Virus record (IMG/VR): IMGVR_UViG_3300045391_003027
Direction: 5' to 3' (one strand)
Length of the DNA: 40,012 nt
Origin: a virus
Part shown: positions 26,323-33,131 of the stretch, piece after piece
How positions within the stretch are numbered: position 1 is the stretch's first letter
Layout: the number at the start of each line of letters is the position of its first letter
Program-made: the position numbers and the translations under genes
Notes under the pieces: model-generated
What the model saw: the letters and a program-made list of their open reading frames with translations, nothing else
The model's database searches: none
What the model was told of the DNA's origin: nothing

Positions 26323-26645
26323 GCCGCATGCCTCCCGCCGCGGGTCGGTTGGTCGCGCTCGTCGAGCCGCTTGGCGCGCTCGGCCTCCCACCGTGCGTCG
26401 ACCGCCGAGCGCCCGTAACGCTCGTGCAGCAGGTCGCGGAAGCGCCCGACGTGCACCGCGCGCTCGGCGGCGGAAAGCGGCTTGCGGTCATTCTCGCGCT
26501 GCTCCGCGTGCGCCTCCAGGCGCGCGTTGAACCGCTGCCACTCGAGAAACAGCTGGTTGTTCAGGCGCTCCCAGGCTTCGCCGTGGCCCTTGTCGGCGGC
26601 CTCCGGCGCGTAGGCTGCGGGGTCCCAATCCTCATCGTAAACCAT
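26319..26645 (-). CDS. Hypothetical 108-aa protein
   Basis: ATG at 26645, 2 nt after the upstream TAG. Charged, helical-looking sequence. Confidence 0.45.
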   Translation of the reverse strand: MVYDEDWDPAAYAPEAADKGHGEAWERLNNQLFLEWQRFNARLEAHAEQRENDRKPLSAAERAVHVGRFRDLLHERYGRSAVDARWEAERAKRLDERDQPTRGGRHAA

Positions 26646-26647
26646 GG

Positions 26648-27619
26648 CTATTTCGTGCCTCCGATTGCTTGGGCCTCACGCATCAGCGCCATCGCCTTGG
26701 CGCCAGCTTCCTTGGCCGATTTGGCGGCGCGGCTTTGCCTGCCGCCCGTTTGCGCGTCGTGCTCCAGCTCGCCGATTGGCTTGAGCTTTCCCGGGGTTTC
26801 GCACTTAAACTTCAGGTCAGCGCGAAGCTTTCGGAACCAATTCGCATCCCGGCGGCCCATGCCGCCTCCGATGGTCCAATGCGTCACGAATTCCCGGGTT
26901 CCAGCGCGGATTTGCTCCGGCTCGACGCCGTACCGCTCCACGAAATCACGCACAATGCCCACGGATTCTGCCTTTTCGAGCAGATCCAGCGGACAGGTTG
27001 TGAGCTTCGTCTCCGTTGCCGCAGGCTCTGAATCGGCCGGGGTGGCGGTTGGCGCGCGCCCCTGCGCGCGGTCTCCCACCAGCACGGCTGGATTGGCTGG
27101 TACAGCACGGCTGAGCACAGAGTGACCAGTTGTGACGTGCTGTGACTGCGCGTGACTCTTGGTCACGCCTTGTGACCCGTCGTCACGTTCCGTGACAAGC
27201 TCATCCAGGAGAGAACCGGCCCGGTGCGCCGCCGCCCTTCTTGCTCGGCTCTCTCGCTGGCGCTGGGCATCGCTCTGCGTTGCCTCCTGCGCCCGGATGA
27301 AGTTGGGCACGAAAAGTACCCTGTCGTGCACGGTGACCACGCCGCGCTCTAGGAGCTTCGCGACGCCCGTGCGTGCGTGCTCCAAGGGTAGGTCGGCGAG
27401 CGCCGCCAGTGCCTCTGCGGGCTCCAGGCCCTCGAGTTCTAAGATGCCTGCCCGGTCCACCTCGAGCAGGAGGGCGTGCAGACACATTCGCCCGTCCCAC
27501 CCCAGCAGCTTCGTGGTGACCGTTTTGCGCGTGTAGATGCGCACGTAGCGTTCGTCTTCGAAGTTCAGGCCGCCCTCCGTCGCACCTTGCCGCGCACCCG
27601 CTTCGGCGGGGTCTGCCAA
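26648..27619 (-). CDS. Replication initiator or replisome-organiser-like protein (winged-helix N-terminal domain)
   Basis: ...FEDERYVRIYTRKTVTTKLLGWDGRMCLHALLLEVDRAGILEL...VAKLLERGVV resembles phage replisome-organiser N-terminal domains. The C-terminal ...EFVTHWTIGGGMGRRDANWFRKLRADL resembles Rep-type tails. The start is uncertain: the TTG at 27619 overlaps ruvC by 55 nt. Confidence 0.45.
   Translation of the reverse strand: MADPAEAGARQGATEGGLNFEDERYVRIYTRKTVTTKLLGWDGRMCLHALLLEVDRAGILELEGLEPAEALAALADLPLEHARTGVAKLLERGVVTVHDRVLFVPNFIRAQEATQSDAQRQRESRARRAAAHRAGSLLDELVTERDDGSQGVTKSHAQSQHVTTGHSVLSRAVPANPAVLVGDRAQGRAPTATPADSEPAATETKLTTCPLDLLEKAESVGIVRDFVERYGVEPEQIRAGTREFVTHWTIGGGMGRRDANWFRKLRADLKFKCETPGKLKPIGELEHDAQTGGRQSRAAKSAKEAGAKAMALMREAQAIGGTK
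27122..27196. repeat. Eight GTGAC/GTCAC (GTSAC) pentamers at exact 10-bp phasing; candidate iteron or origin array inside the replication gene
   Basis: Pentamers start at 27122, 27132, 27142, 27152, 27162, 27172, 27182 and 27192. A 10-bp period is not a codon multiple. An 11-bp direct repeat, cagcacggctg, lies alongside at 27080 and 27103. Confidence 0.6.
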
Positions 27620-28125
27620 AGCAGGTGATGCAGGTGCGGAATGCCGTGCCCGTCCAGCACCGCGTTCACGGTGCAGAAGGCGTCGGCCTGGTCGGCGTCG
27701 TCGAAGTCCCCACCCACGGTGCGCAGGGCCTCGACGACGTATTTCTTTGGGTCACCCGGCGGCTTGGCACCGAGCATCAACTTTCGCGCGTGCGCGAGAT
27801 TGACAAACTGCAGGTCGAGCCCAGCTTGGTCGAGCAGCTCGAGACGGAGCACACCGCGGAGCTCGGCGAGCGGCACCGTGCTGAACGCGCGCTGTGGCGG
27901 CAGATCTTCGGCCACCACATGCGTCGCGCCAACACGGATCAGCCACGTGCGCACGTCGCGCGCGATGTCACGGAGTCGACCCGTCACCTCGCGCGTGCTC
28001 GCGCCCTTGTGGAGTGGGACCCCGAAGCTCGTGCGCTCAACGCGCGCAAAGTCGAGGTCCCACCCTGAGGGCACAGCTACGGCGCCGAAGCCCGTGAGGC
28101 TGATATCCAGGCCGCCGATGATCAC
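27565..28125 (-). CDS. ruvC: RuvC-like Holliday-junction resolvase (186 aa)
   Basis: I re-set the start to the GTG at 28125-28123, which overlaps the upstream stop as GTGA. VIIGGLDISLTGFGAV fits the RuvC N-terminal Asp motif, and ...DDADQADAFC fits the C-terminal acidic motif. Confidence 0.6.
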   Translation of the reverse strand: MIIGGLDISLTGFGAVAVPSGWDLDFARVERTSFGVPLHKGASTREVTGRLRDIARDVRTWLIRVGATHVVAEDLPPQRAFSTVPLAELRGVLRLELLDQAGLDLQFVNLAHARKLMLGAKPPGDPKKYVVEALRTVGGDFDDADQADAFCTVNAVLDGHGIPHLHHLLWQTPPKRVRGKVRRRAA

Positions 28126-28946
28126 GCCTGCGCGCTCGCCCCGGCAGTGGCCTTGGGTTTGCGCGGCTTGCGCTTCTTTTCTGTCGGCAGAGGCGTCGCC
28201 TTGTCCGTGACGTCTTTCGCCACCTCGTCGCTGAGCGCCTTGGCCTGAGCCGCCGCGTCTTTCTTGCCGTTCGGCGCCTTCAGCTCGAGCTCCAGCTGTT
28301 TCTCGCGCTCGGTCATGGCGCGCTCGGTGAGCAGCTCGTTCGTATCGGTGCGCCGCTCCTCGACGGTGCCGGTCTTGTAGAGGTAGTTGCGCACGCACGG
28401 CACGTCGCGATAGGCGGCGCCATCGCGCACCTCGAGGGAGAGGCGATGCATCTCGGACGCCAGCTCCTCGATGTGCGCGTTCGCTTGCTTCTTCGCGGCG
28501 TCGCGCTCGGTCTCTTTCTGCTGGATCTCACCGAGCAGGAAGGCGCTGCGCTTTGCGCGCTCGACCACCTCATCGTTCTTCAGCACCACGCGCAGATTTC
28601 GCGTGAATTTCTCGGTCTTCACGTCCTTCGGATCAGTCTTTTTCGCAGCCATTGCGTCCCTTTCTGCCTCCGCCAACAAGCGCTCGGCGTCCGCGATGGA
28701 CTCCGGGCCAGAATGCTTTTTTGCTATCGTGAGCAGCTCGCGCGCGACCCGGTGGCGCTTGCGCACCAGCTGCAAACACGCCGGGCACGTGACGCGGGAA
28801 ACATCGCTCGTGCCACCCTCACCCACGGTCACGGTGAGCTTGCGGCATTCGCTCGGCCACTTGCGCGACCAGTGCGTGACTGGCGTCGTCGCACGGCTCG
28901 CTCGGCGCGCGTCAGGGTCGGCGGCCGCGACTACCGAGGCCAGCAC
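28122..28946 (-). CDS. Hypothetical coiled-coil protein with a Lys-rich C-terminal tail (start uncertain)
   Basis: GC3 in this frame becomes high only from about 28950 downward. The candidate GTG is at 28946. Product contains ...CPACLQLVRKRH..., long helices and ...PTEKKRKPRKPK. The ORF-track N-terminus (28947-29135) looks like a shadow of the zinc-ribbon frame. Confidence 0.4.
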   Translation of the reverse strand: MLASVVAAADPDARRASRATTPVTHWSRKWPSECRKLTVTVGEGGTSDVSRVTCPACLQLVRKRHRVARELLTIAKKHSGPESIADAERLLAEAERDAMAAKKTDPKDVKTEKFTRNLRVVLKNDEVVERAKRSAFLLGEIQQKETERDAAKKQANAHIEELASEMHRLSLEVRDGAAYRDVPCVRNYLYKTGTVEERRTDTNELLTERAMTEREKQLELELKAPNGKKDAAAQAKALSDEVAKDVTDKATPLPTEKKRKPRKPKATAGASAQA

Positions 28947-29145
28947 GCCGGAGCCGGTACGCGAGCCTACAGGCGTTGCATCGGTTATCGAGCCCGCCTT
29001 GGCCCTTGTTGTGCGGCGAGAAGCACTCGAGCGGCCACCACTCGCCGCCGGGGCAGGATTCGCAGAATTTGGCTCGCCCCCACCAGAAAAGGCGGAAGCG
29101 CGAGGCGCCGTAGTGGAGGACTGGGCGCGGCTCATCCGGCTCCAT
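28912..29145 (-). CDS. Small zinc-ribbon protein (about 77 aa)
   Basis: Very high GC3. Motif: FCESCPGGEWWPLECFSPHNKGQGGLDNRCNACRLAY (CxxC...CxxC). Start is ATG at 29145 or TTG at 29184. Confidence 0.5.
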   Translation of the reverse strand: MEPDEPRPVLHYGASRFRLFWWGRAKFCESCPGGEWWPLECFSPHNKGQGGLDNRCNACRLAYRLRRAGLGSRGRRP

Positions 29146-29353
29146 CCCCGCCCTCGTCAGCCCGGATACCGAGCTGCTCGTCAAGCACCGTCAGCGACCG
29201 TTCGAGGAGCGAACGCGCGCGGCTCAGTTGCGCCCGTGATTCCTCCAGCGCCTCGTGCGTGTTGGCGAGCGTGACACGCAGTCGCTCAAGCTCCTGAGAC
29301 GAATCGGGCGCCGTCGCGATGGCACAGCCGCAGCTGGGACAGGCGTCAGCCAC
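29132..29353 (-). CDS. Hypothetical 73-aa protein (CxxC plus coiled coil)
   Basis: GTG start at 29353. Product: ADACPSCGCAIA... followed by heptad-like ...LERLRVTLANTHEALEESRAQLSRARSLLERSL. Confidence 0.4.
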   Translation of the reverse strand: MADACPSCGCAIATAPDSSQELERLRVTLANTHEALEESRAQLSRARSLLERSLTVLDEQLGIRADEGGDGAG

Positions 29354-29573
29354 GGCGCCCCTCCGCGTTGTCGGCCAGCTCGATCATGTCTTGGCCGAGC
29401 TCGCGCGCCATATCCGGCGGCATGACCAGCTTGATCTGGTCGCACAGGAATTCGACCCGGCCGTCCACCACCTGCAGCACGACGGCGAGCCCAGCGTGAG
29501 CCCGCGTCGGTGGCACAGCTGCGCCACCTGAGGCCGCCGGCCGACGGAACGGCAGCACGATGCCGTCGCTCAC
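29346..29573 (-). CDS. Hypothetical 75-aa protein, first gene downstream of the attP region
   Basis: GTG at 29573 is preceded by AGGAGA with a 7-nt spacer. The RBS abuts the 18-bp palindromic repeat. Confidence 0.4.
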   Translation of the reverse strand: MSDGIVLPFRRPAASGGAAVPPTRAHAGLAVVLQVVDGRVEFLCDQIKLVMPPDMARELGQDMIELADNAEGRRG

Positions 29574-29584
29574 GGCCGCGTCTC

Positions 29585-29602
29585 CTGGGGGTCCCCCAGA
29601 TC
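29585..29602. repeat. 18-bp repeat ctgggggtcccccagatc (contains the palindrome CTGGGGG-T-CCCCCAG), copy 1
   Basis: An identical copy lies at 29791-29808. The two copies bracket the tRNA fragment and the terminator. Confidence 0.85.
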
Positions 29603-29711
29603 GCCAAATGTCTCGACGGATTTAGCCGAGGCACCGCGCGTCACAACATCGTGAAAACGCGGTCGAAATCGCGTGCCGGTTATCTTGAGGTGCTGGCGCC
29701 GTAACTGGCTT

Positions 29712-29736
29712 GGAGGTTCAAGTCCTCTCCGCTGCA
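29712..29736 (+). other. tRNA 3'-end fragment (T-arm plus 3' acceptor strand); candidate attP core
   Basis: GGAGG-TTCAAGT-CCTCT forms a T-stem/loop with the conserved GTTCAAGTCC pattern, followed by CCGCTGC-A. No complementary 5' acceptor strand (GCAGCGG) lies within 90 nt upstream. It sits next to the integrase gene. Confidence 0.5.
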
Positions 29737-29739
29737 CTG

Positions 29740-29779
29740 AAAAAACCGCCTGATCCGAAGTCAGGCGGTTTTTCTTTTG
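29740..29779. terminator. Bidirectional intrinsic terminator
   Basis: Perfect 10-bp stem, AACCGCCTGA (29744-53) with TCAGGCGGTT (29761-70), and a 7-nt loop. An A-run lies upstream and tttcttttg downstream, so a U-tract follows on both strands. The integrase TGA lies inside the stem. Confidence 0.7.
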
Positions 29780-30933
29780 GAACGCTTTTTCTGGGGGTCC
29801 CCCAGATCCACCGTCGCCAGCGCCGCCCGAAAGGACGGCTTCACGTAGCGGGACGTGGTGCTCAGCAGCTTGTGCCCCACCCGGTACTGGATACCCACGA
29901 TGCTCTTGCCCTGCTCGAGCTCGTGCGTCGTAAAGGCCGACCGTAGGTGTGACCCCGCAAACCGCTTGGCCGCCTCGCCCTTCAGCACCGCCGTGGCCGC
30001 CGCCTTGATGTGCGGCCGGTAGTCGTGCCAACCGAATATCAGCCCAGCGTCCGGACACACGGCGTCGAGGGCCGCCCTGGCCTTGCGCGTTAGGGGCACG
30101 TCGCGCGCCCAGCGCGCCTTGTCGATGTCCGCCGTGATGCGCAGCACCGGCGAGCCCTTGGCGTAGTGCTCGGGCACGCTGAGCTTGTCGAGCGTTGCGG
30201 GCCGGAGCCCAGTCTCGTAGCCCACCACGAAGCGCGCCCGGATCGGGAACAGCTTGGCCTTGTATGTTCGCTTGCGCGCCAGGTCGCGCCGTGGCGGCCC
30301 CTTCCGCCCGCCCCACTCCGGCAGCTTGGCGATGATGCGCAGCGTCTCCTGGGGGGAGATTGCGTCGGCCGCGGTACGGCGCCGGACGGGGTGCGCCTTG
30401 CCCGTCACGTTCTTGGGCACGCCGGCAATCGGAAATGCCGCCGGCAGCGCGCCAATTTCCTCGAGGGCACAAAACGACACCAGATTGCGGAGCGCGGTGA
30501 GCTCGTGTCGCACGGTCGACGCCAGCACCTTGCCAAGGCGCCGCCGCCGATACTCCGCGCAGCCCGCCTCGGTCAGCTTCTCGACCGACCCAAAGAACGG
30601 CACGAAATGCGAGCGCGCGTAGTCCCGCCAAACGTCCCGCGTTGGCTCCGCGTGCGTGGTTGTCAGCCATTCTTGCCATGCGCTTACGAGATCCTCGAGT
30701 GCAGGTGCACCACCGACGCGAGGTGCACGTTTGGCGATTCGGAGCTCTCCAGCTCGAGCAGCGGCGACGAGGCGCGCGGCCTCTGCGTTAGCTTTGCCCT
30801 CGTCTCTTGTGCCCGTGGACCGCTCAGTAGTGCGACCATCAGCGGTGAAGCGGGCGCGCCAGTTTTCGTTGGGCGAGTTGCGGGTGAGCGTCCAGGCTTG
30901 GTTTTTCCGTCGCTTGAGAGTGATTCTGCCCAT
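29761..30933 (-). CDS. int: Tyrosine integrase (site-specific recombinase), 390 aa
   Basis: ETGLRPATL supplies the first catalytic Arg, HLRSAFTTH the H-x-x-R motif and GHKLLSTTSRYV the His and Tyr. The N-terminal arm-type domain is MGRITLKRRKNQAW...RFTADGRTTERSTG. I took the ATG at 30933; the ORF-track start is the TTG at 31035. Confidence 0.8.
   Translation of the reverse strand: MGRITLKRRKNQAWTLTRNSPNENWRARFTADGRTTERSTGTRDEGKANAEAARLVAAARAGELRIAKRAPRVGGAPALEDLVSAWQEWLTTTHAEPTRDVWRDYARSHFVPFFGSVEKLTEAGCAEYRRRRLGKVLASTVRHELTALRNLVSFCALEEIGALPAAFPIAGVPKNVTGKAHPVRRRTAADAISPQETLRIIAKLPEWGGRKGPPRRDLARKRTYKAKLFPIRARFVVGYETGLRPATLDKLSVPEHYAKGSPVLRITADIDKARWARDVPLTRKARAALDAVCPDAGLIFGWHDYRPHIKAAATAVLKGEAAKRFAGSHLRSAFTTHELEQGKSIVGIQYRVGHKLLSTTSRYVKPSFRAALATVDLGDPQKKRSKRKTA
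29791..29808. repeat. 18-bp repeat ctgggggtcccccagatc, copy 2 (inside the integrase 3' end)
   Basis: Identical to 29585-29602. On the minus strand it encodes ...DLGDPQ... of the integrase tail. Confidence 0.85.
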
Positions 30934-31070
30934 GCGTCGAGATCCGATTCGAGGAACAGCACGCGCCGACCAATCTTCTTTGGCGTGAGCGCAGGTCGCA
31001 CGTGCGCGTCGAATGCCGCGACCGAGCACCGGCAACGTTCGGCCGCTTCGCGTTTCGTCAAGAGCCTCAC
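30684..31070 (-). CDS. Excisionase/AlpA-like HTH protein; the ORF runs 250 nt into the integrase gene in another frame
   Basis: GTG at 31070 overlaps the upstream stop as GTGA. (V)RLLTKREAAERCRCSVAAFDAHVRPALTPKKIGRRVLFLESDLDAWAESL is a typical MerR-type or Xis HTH_17 pattern. No stop occurs until 30684. Confidence 0.5.
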   Translation of the reverse strand: MRLLTKREAAERCRCSVAAFDAHVRPALTPKKIGRRVLFLESDLDAWAESLSSDGKTKPGRSPATRPTKTGAPASPLMVALLSGPRAQETRAKLTQRPRASSPLLELESSESPNVHLASVVHLHSRIS

Positions 31071-31474
31071 GCCGCTGCCTCCTGATCTAGACGGATCAGT
31101 GCGTCGAGCGCACGCGCCACCGGCCCCTCATTGCGGAACCACTCGCCCTGCTCACGATACTCGCGAAAGCAGTCGTGCAAAAAGCGCTCGAGCTCTAGGC
31201 CGCCCGGCACGCTGCATAGCAGCTGCATTTTGCGTCCGGTTGCCAGCTCGAGCGTTCGTTGACGACCGGAAACGTTATCGGACCAGCCCACCTTCACGAG
31301 ATTGTCGAGCGCGATGAAGTAGACCACTCGGCCCGACGGGAATTGGGCATCGCGCGCCGGCACCGCGTTGCCCTCGCAGGCACCGCTGGCCACCGTGACG
31401 AGCTTCCCGCCACAACGCACGCGCCACCGCCACGAATAGCGATCGCGGCGCTCTATTGAGCCGGGCGTGTTCAC
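31067..31474 (-). CDS. T5orf172 (MUG113, GIY-YIG-superfamily) domain protein, 135 aa
   Basis: GRVVYFIALDNLVKVGWSDNVSGRQRTLELATGRKMQLLCSVPGGLELERFLHDCFREYREQGEWFR fits the T5orf172 pattern (KIG..., R...L, E..LH..F, EWF). The GTG start overlaps the upstream stop as GTGA. Confidence 0.55.
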   Translation of the reverse strand: MNTPGSIERRDRYSWRWRVRCGGKLVTVASGACEGNAVPARDAQFPSGRVVYFIALDNLVKVGWSDNVSGRQRTLELATGRKMQLLCSVPGGLELERFLHDCFREYREQGEWFRNEGPVARALDALIRLDQEAAA

Positions 31475-31743
31475 GATGCCGCCTTCTGGTCGGGCACGAA
31501 GCGGCAGCCCTGCCCGCACTTCGGGACCTTGCCATCACGCACCTGGCGCCGGACATGGCCGAGCGCGCGCATGATTTCGACGCCGCAGCGGCACCGGAAG
31601 AACCACTGCGACGTGTCGCCCTTGCACTGGCGCAGCGGCGTGAGCCAGCCGTATTCGGCCGCCACGGGCTTCGCGTTACGGGCTCGCGCTCCGAGTTGCG
31701 GCGTGCCGGATAGCGAAACAGGAAGATCGCGAACGCGCGTCAC
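31471..31743 (-). CDS. Zinc-finger protein (about 90 aa) of the 'GxLT...W.C.CG...GC' type
   Basis: YGWLTPLRQCKGDTSQWFFRCRCGVEIMRALGHVRRQVRDGKVPKCGQGC is the N-terminal module common in phage endonuclease-associated proteins. GTG at 31743 overlaps the upstream stop as GTGA. Confidence 0.45.
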   Translation of the reverse strand: MTRVRDLPVSLSGTPQLGARARNAKPVAAEYGWLTPLRQCKGDTSQWFFRCRCGVEIMRALGHVRRQVRDGKVPKCGQGCRFVPDQKAAS

Positions 31744-32117
31744 GGCGGGAACCCCATCCGCCAATTGGTCTCAGCAGCGATCTTCGGGTCGATCGAGATT
31801 CCGACGTCGGTGGCCTTGTAGCCCGGAAACATGGCCTCGAGCTCCCGTTGCTTGTGCTCACACTCGGTGACGATCTGCGCCATGAACTCGTCGAGGGTGA
31901 AAACGCCCTTGGCGATGAGCAGCGCCGTGAGCGCATTGACCTCGACGCGCAGCATGAGCACAGCGTCGGCGCGGTCCCGGTAGGCCTTCACACCCGGCGC
32001 GTCGGCAGCCTTCGTGCCGATCATCCAGCCCACTAAGACGCTCCGCCACTTGCCCAGACGTTGTGTCGCTCGCTCGTAGGCCTCACGGATCCCCGCGCTT
32101 GTTTGTTCGTCCTTCAC
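31740..32117 (-). CDS. Hypothetical 125-aa protein
   Basis: GTG at 32117 overlaps the upstream stop as GTGA (VKDEQTSAGIREAYERATQRLGKW...). GC3 is high. Confidence 0.45.
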   Translation of the reverse strand: MKDEQTSAGIREAYERATQRLGKWRSVLVGWMIGTKAADAPGVKAYRDRADAVLMLRVEVNALTALLIAKGVFTLDEFMAQIVTECEHKQRELEAMFPGYKATDVGISIDPKIAAETNWRMGFPP

Positions 32118-32347
32118 GCAGCATTCTTTCCGGCCGTGACGGCCTCGATGGCACAAAGCAGGTCGAGCCGGTCAGCGCGCTTGCGGTTGCAGCGCAGCAG
32201 CCGCCGCACGCCACGCGCGGTCGTGCCGACGAGCGCCCCGAGCTCGTCTTGGGTGAGCTGGCTCGCGGCACAGGCGCGCAGCAGCCGCGCACGACCGGCG
32301 CCTTTGGGCCTCGCTGGCGCGGGGAACAGCAGCAGTTTACCGGCCAT
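32114..32347 (-). CDS. HTH DNA-binding protein (77 aa)
   Basis: ATG at 32347. SQLTQDELGALVGTTARGVRRLL is a helix-turn-helix pattern. Confidence 0.45.
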   Translation of the reverse strand: MAGKLLLFPAPARPKGAGRARLLRACAASQLTQDELGALVGTTARGVRRLLRCNRKRADRLDLLCAIEAVTAGKNAA

Positions 32348-32504
32348 GCCTGCCCCCAATCCGGAACCGGTCGCCGTCGTGCTCCAGCGCCTGCTGGAAG
32401 CGTTCCGGTCGGCGGGTGAGCTGCGGCTCCTGGCTGCCGGCGAGCCCGTAGACGAGGGCAGCGCCGAGCGGCAGCAGGGCCAGGAAAACCGAGGCGGCGA
32501 TCAT
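32337..32504 (-). CDS. Small membrane protein (55 aa, N-terminal TM)
   Basis: ATG at 32504. Product: MIAASVFLALLPLGAALVYGLAGSQEPQL... GC3 is very high. Confidence 0.45.
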   Translation of the reverse strand: MIAASVFLALLPLGAALVYGLAGSQEPQLTRRPERFQQALEHDGDRFRIGGRHGR

Positions 32505-32557
32505 GTCAGCGCGCCCCCGATTGACGCCCCGGTGCGGGAGCGATGAGGTGGGTGACG

Positions 32558-32887
32558 ATGACTTTGGAGTCGGATGCGCGCGGCGCGATCTTTGGGTTGC
32601 TGGTGTGCGTAGCGGCCCTGCTGGCATGCGGCGGCGGAGCCGAATGGACGCGGGTAGGCGCACGGACCTACGCAATCGAGTGCGACGGGACGCGGGAGTG
32701 CCACCAGCGGGCCCACCGGCTCTGCCCCTACGGCTACAAGGTCAAGGAGCAGCCCAGCAGGGACGACCTCCTCGTGACATGCGCACCGCCTGTCTTTTGC
32801 AGCAACCAGGGCGACTGCGCAGCACAGGGGCTTCGTTGCGTGAAAAGCAAGCGCTACCCCGGCCGCGGCGTCTGCGCCGACCAGTAG
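32558..32887 (+). CDS. Cys-rich lipoprotein (109 aa), a lone plus-strand gene inside the minus-strand early region
   Basis: ATG at 32558 is preceded by GAGGTGG. MTLESDARGAIFGLLVCVAALLAC has a canonical L-L-A-C lipobox. The mature part has 9 further Cys. GC3 is high. It ends 2 nt from the convergent Cro-like gene. Confidence 0.6.
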   Translation: MTLESDARGAIFGLLVCVAALLACGGGAEWTRVGARTYAIECDGTRECHQRAHRLCPYGYKVKEQPSRDDLLVTCAPPVFCSNQGDCAAQGLRCVKSKRYPGRGVCADQ

Positions 32888-32889
32888 CG

Positions 32890-33120
32890 TCACGCGGCGT
32901 CTCCCGCCGCTTCTGGCTCCGGGGCTGCCTCGTCCCACTCCGGCAGGTCGATGCCGTAGTGCGTCTTGATCTTGATGCGCCACGGCGCGCTCGGCTTTCG
33001 GTCTCCCGACGCCCAGCGGCTCACCAGATTCTGTCGAGCTCCCAGCTCCGTCGCGACCTGCACCATGCGCCCGTGGGGCTTGCACAGTTCGGCGAAGCGC
33101 TTCGATCCCTTCGAAACCAT
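32890..33120 (-). CDS. Cro/YdaS-like HTH regulator (76 aa)
   Basis: ATG at 33120. MVQVATELGARQNLVSRWASGDRKPSAPWRIKI fits the YdaS/Cro-type pattern. No SD lies upstream, and the gene starts 12 nt from the operator palindrome. It is divergent from the repressor. Confidence 0.55.
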   Translation of the reverse strand: MVSKGSKRFAELCKPHGRMVQVATELGARQNLVSRWASGDRKPSAPWRIKIKTHYGIDLPEWDEAAPEPEAAGDAA

Positions 33121-33131
33121 CGGACGGAGCC

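Noticed and set aside
28947-29135. N-terminal 63 codons of ORF 28122-29135, whose ATG overlaps the upstream stop as ATGA
   Set aside because: GC3 in this frame is poor here and the product is Ser/Ala/Gly/Pro-rich. The overlapping frame (28912-29145) has very high GC3 and a clear CxxC...CxxC zinc ribbon.
29640-29736. Complete tRNA gene
   Set aside because: Only a T-arm and a 3' acceptor strand can be folded. There is no complementary 5' acceptor strand, D-arm or convincing anticodon stem upstream, and no CCA. I interpret it as an attP fragment.
29570-30679. 369-aa minus-strand ORF overlapping the integrase
   Set aside because: It is an Arg/Gly/Ala-rich alternative frame of the integrase gene. 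The integrase frame carries the full R-H-R-Y catalytic signature.
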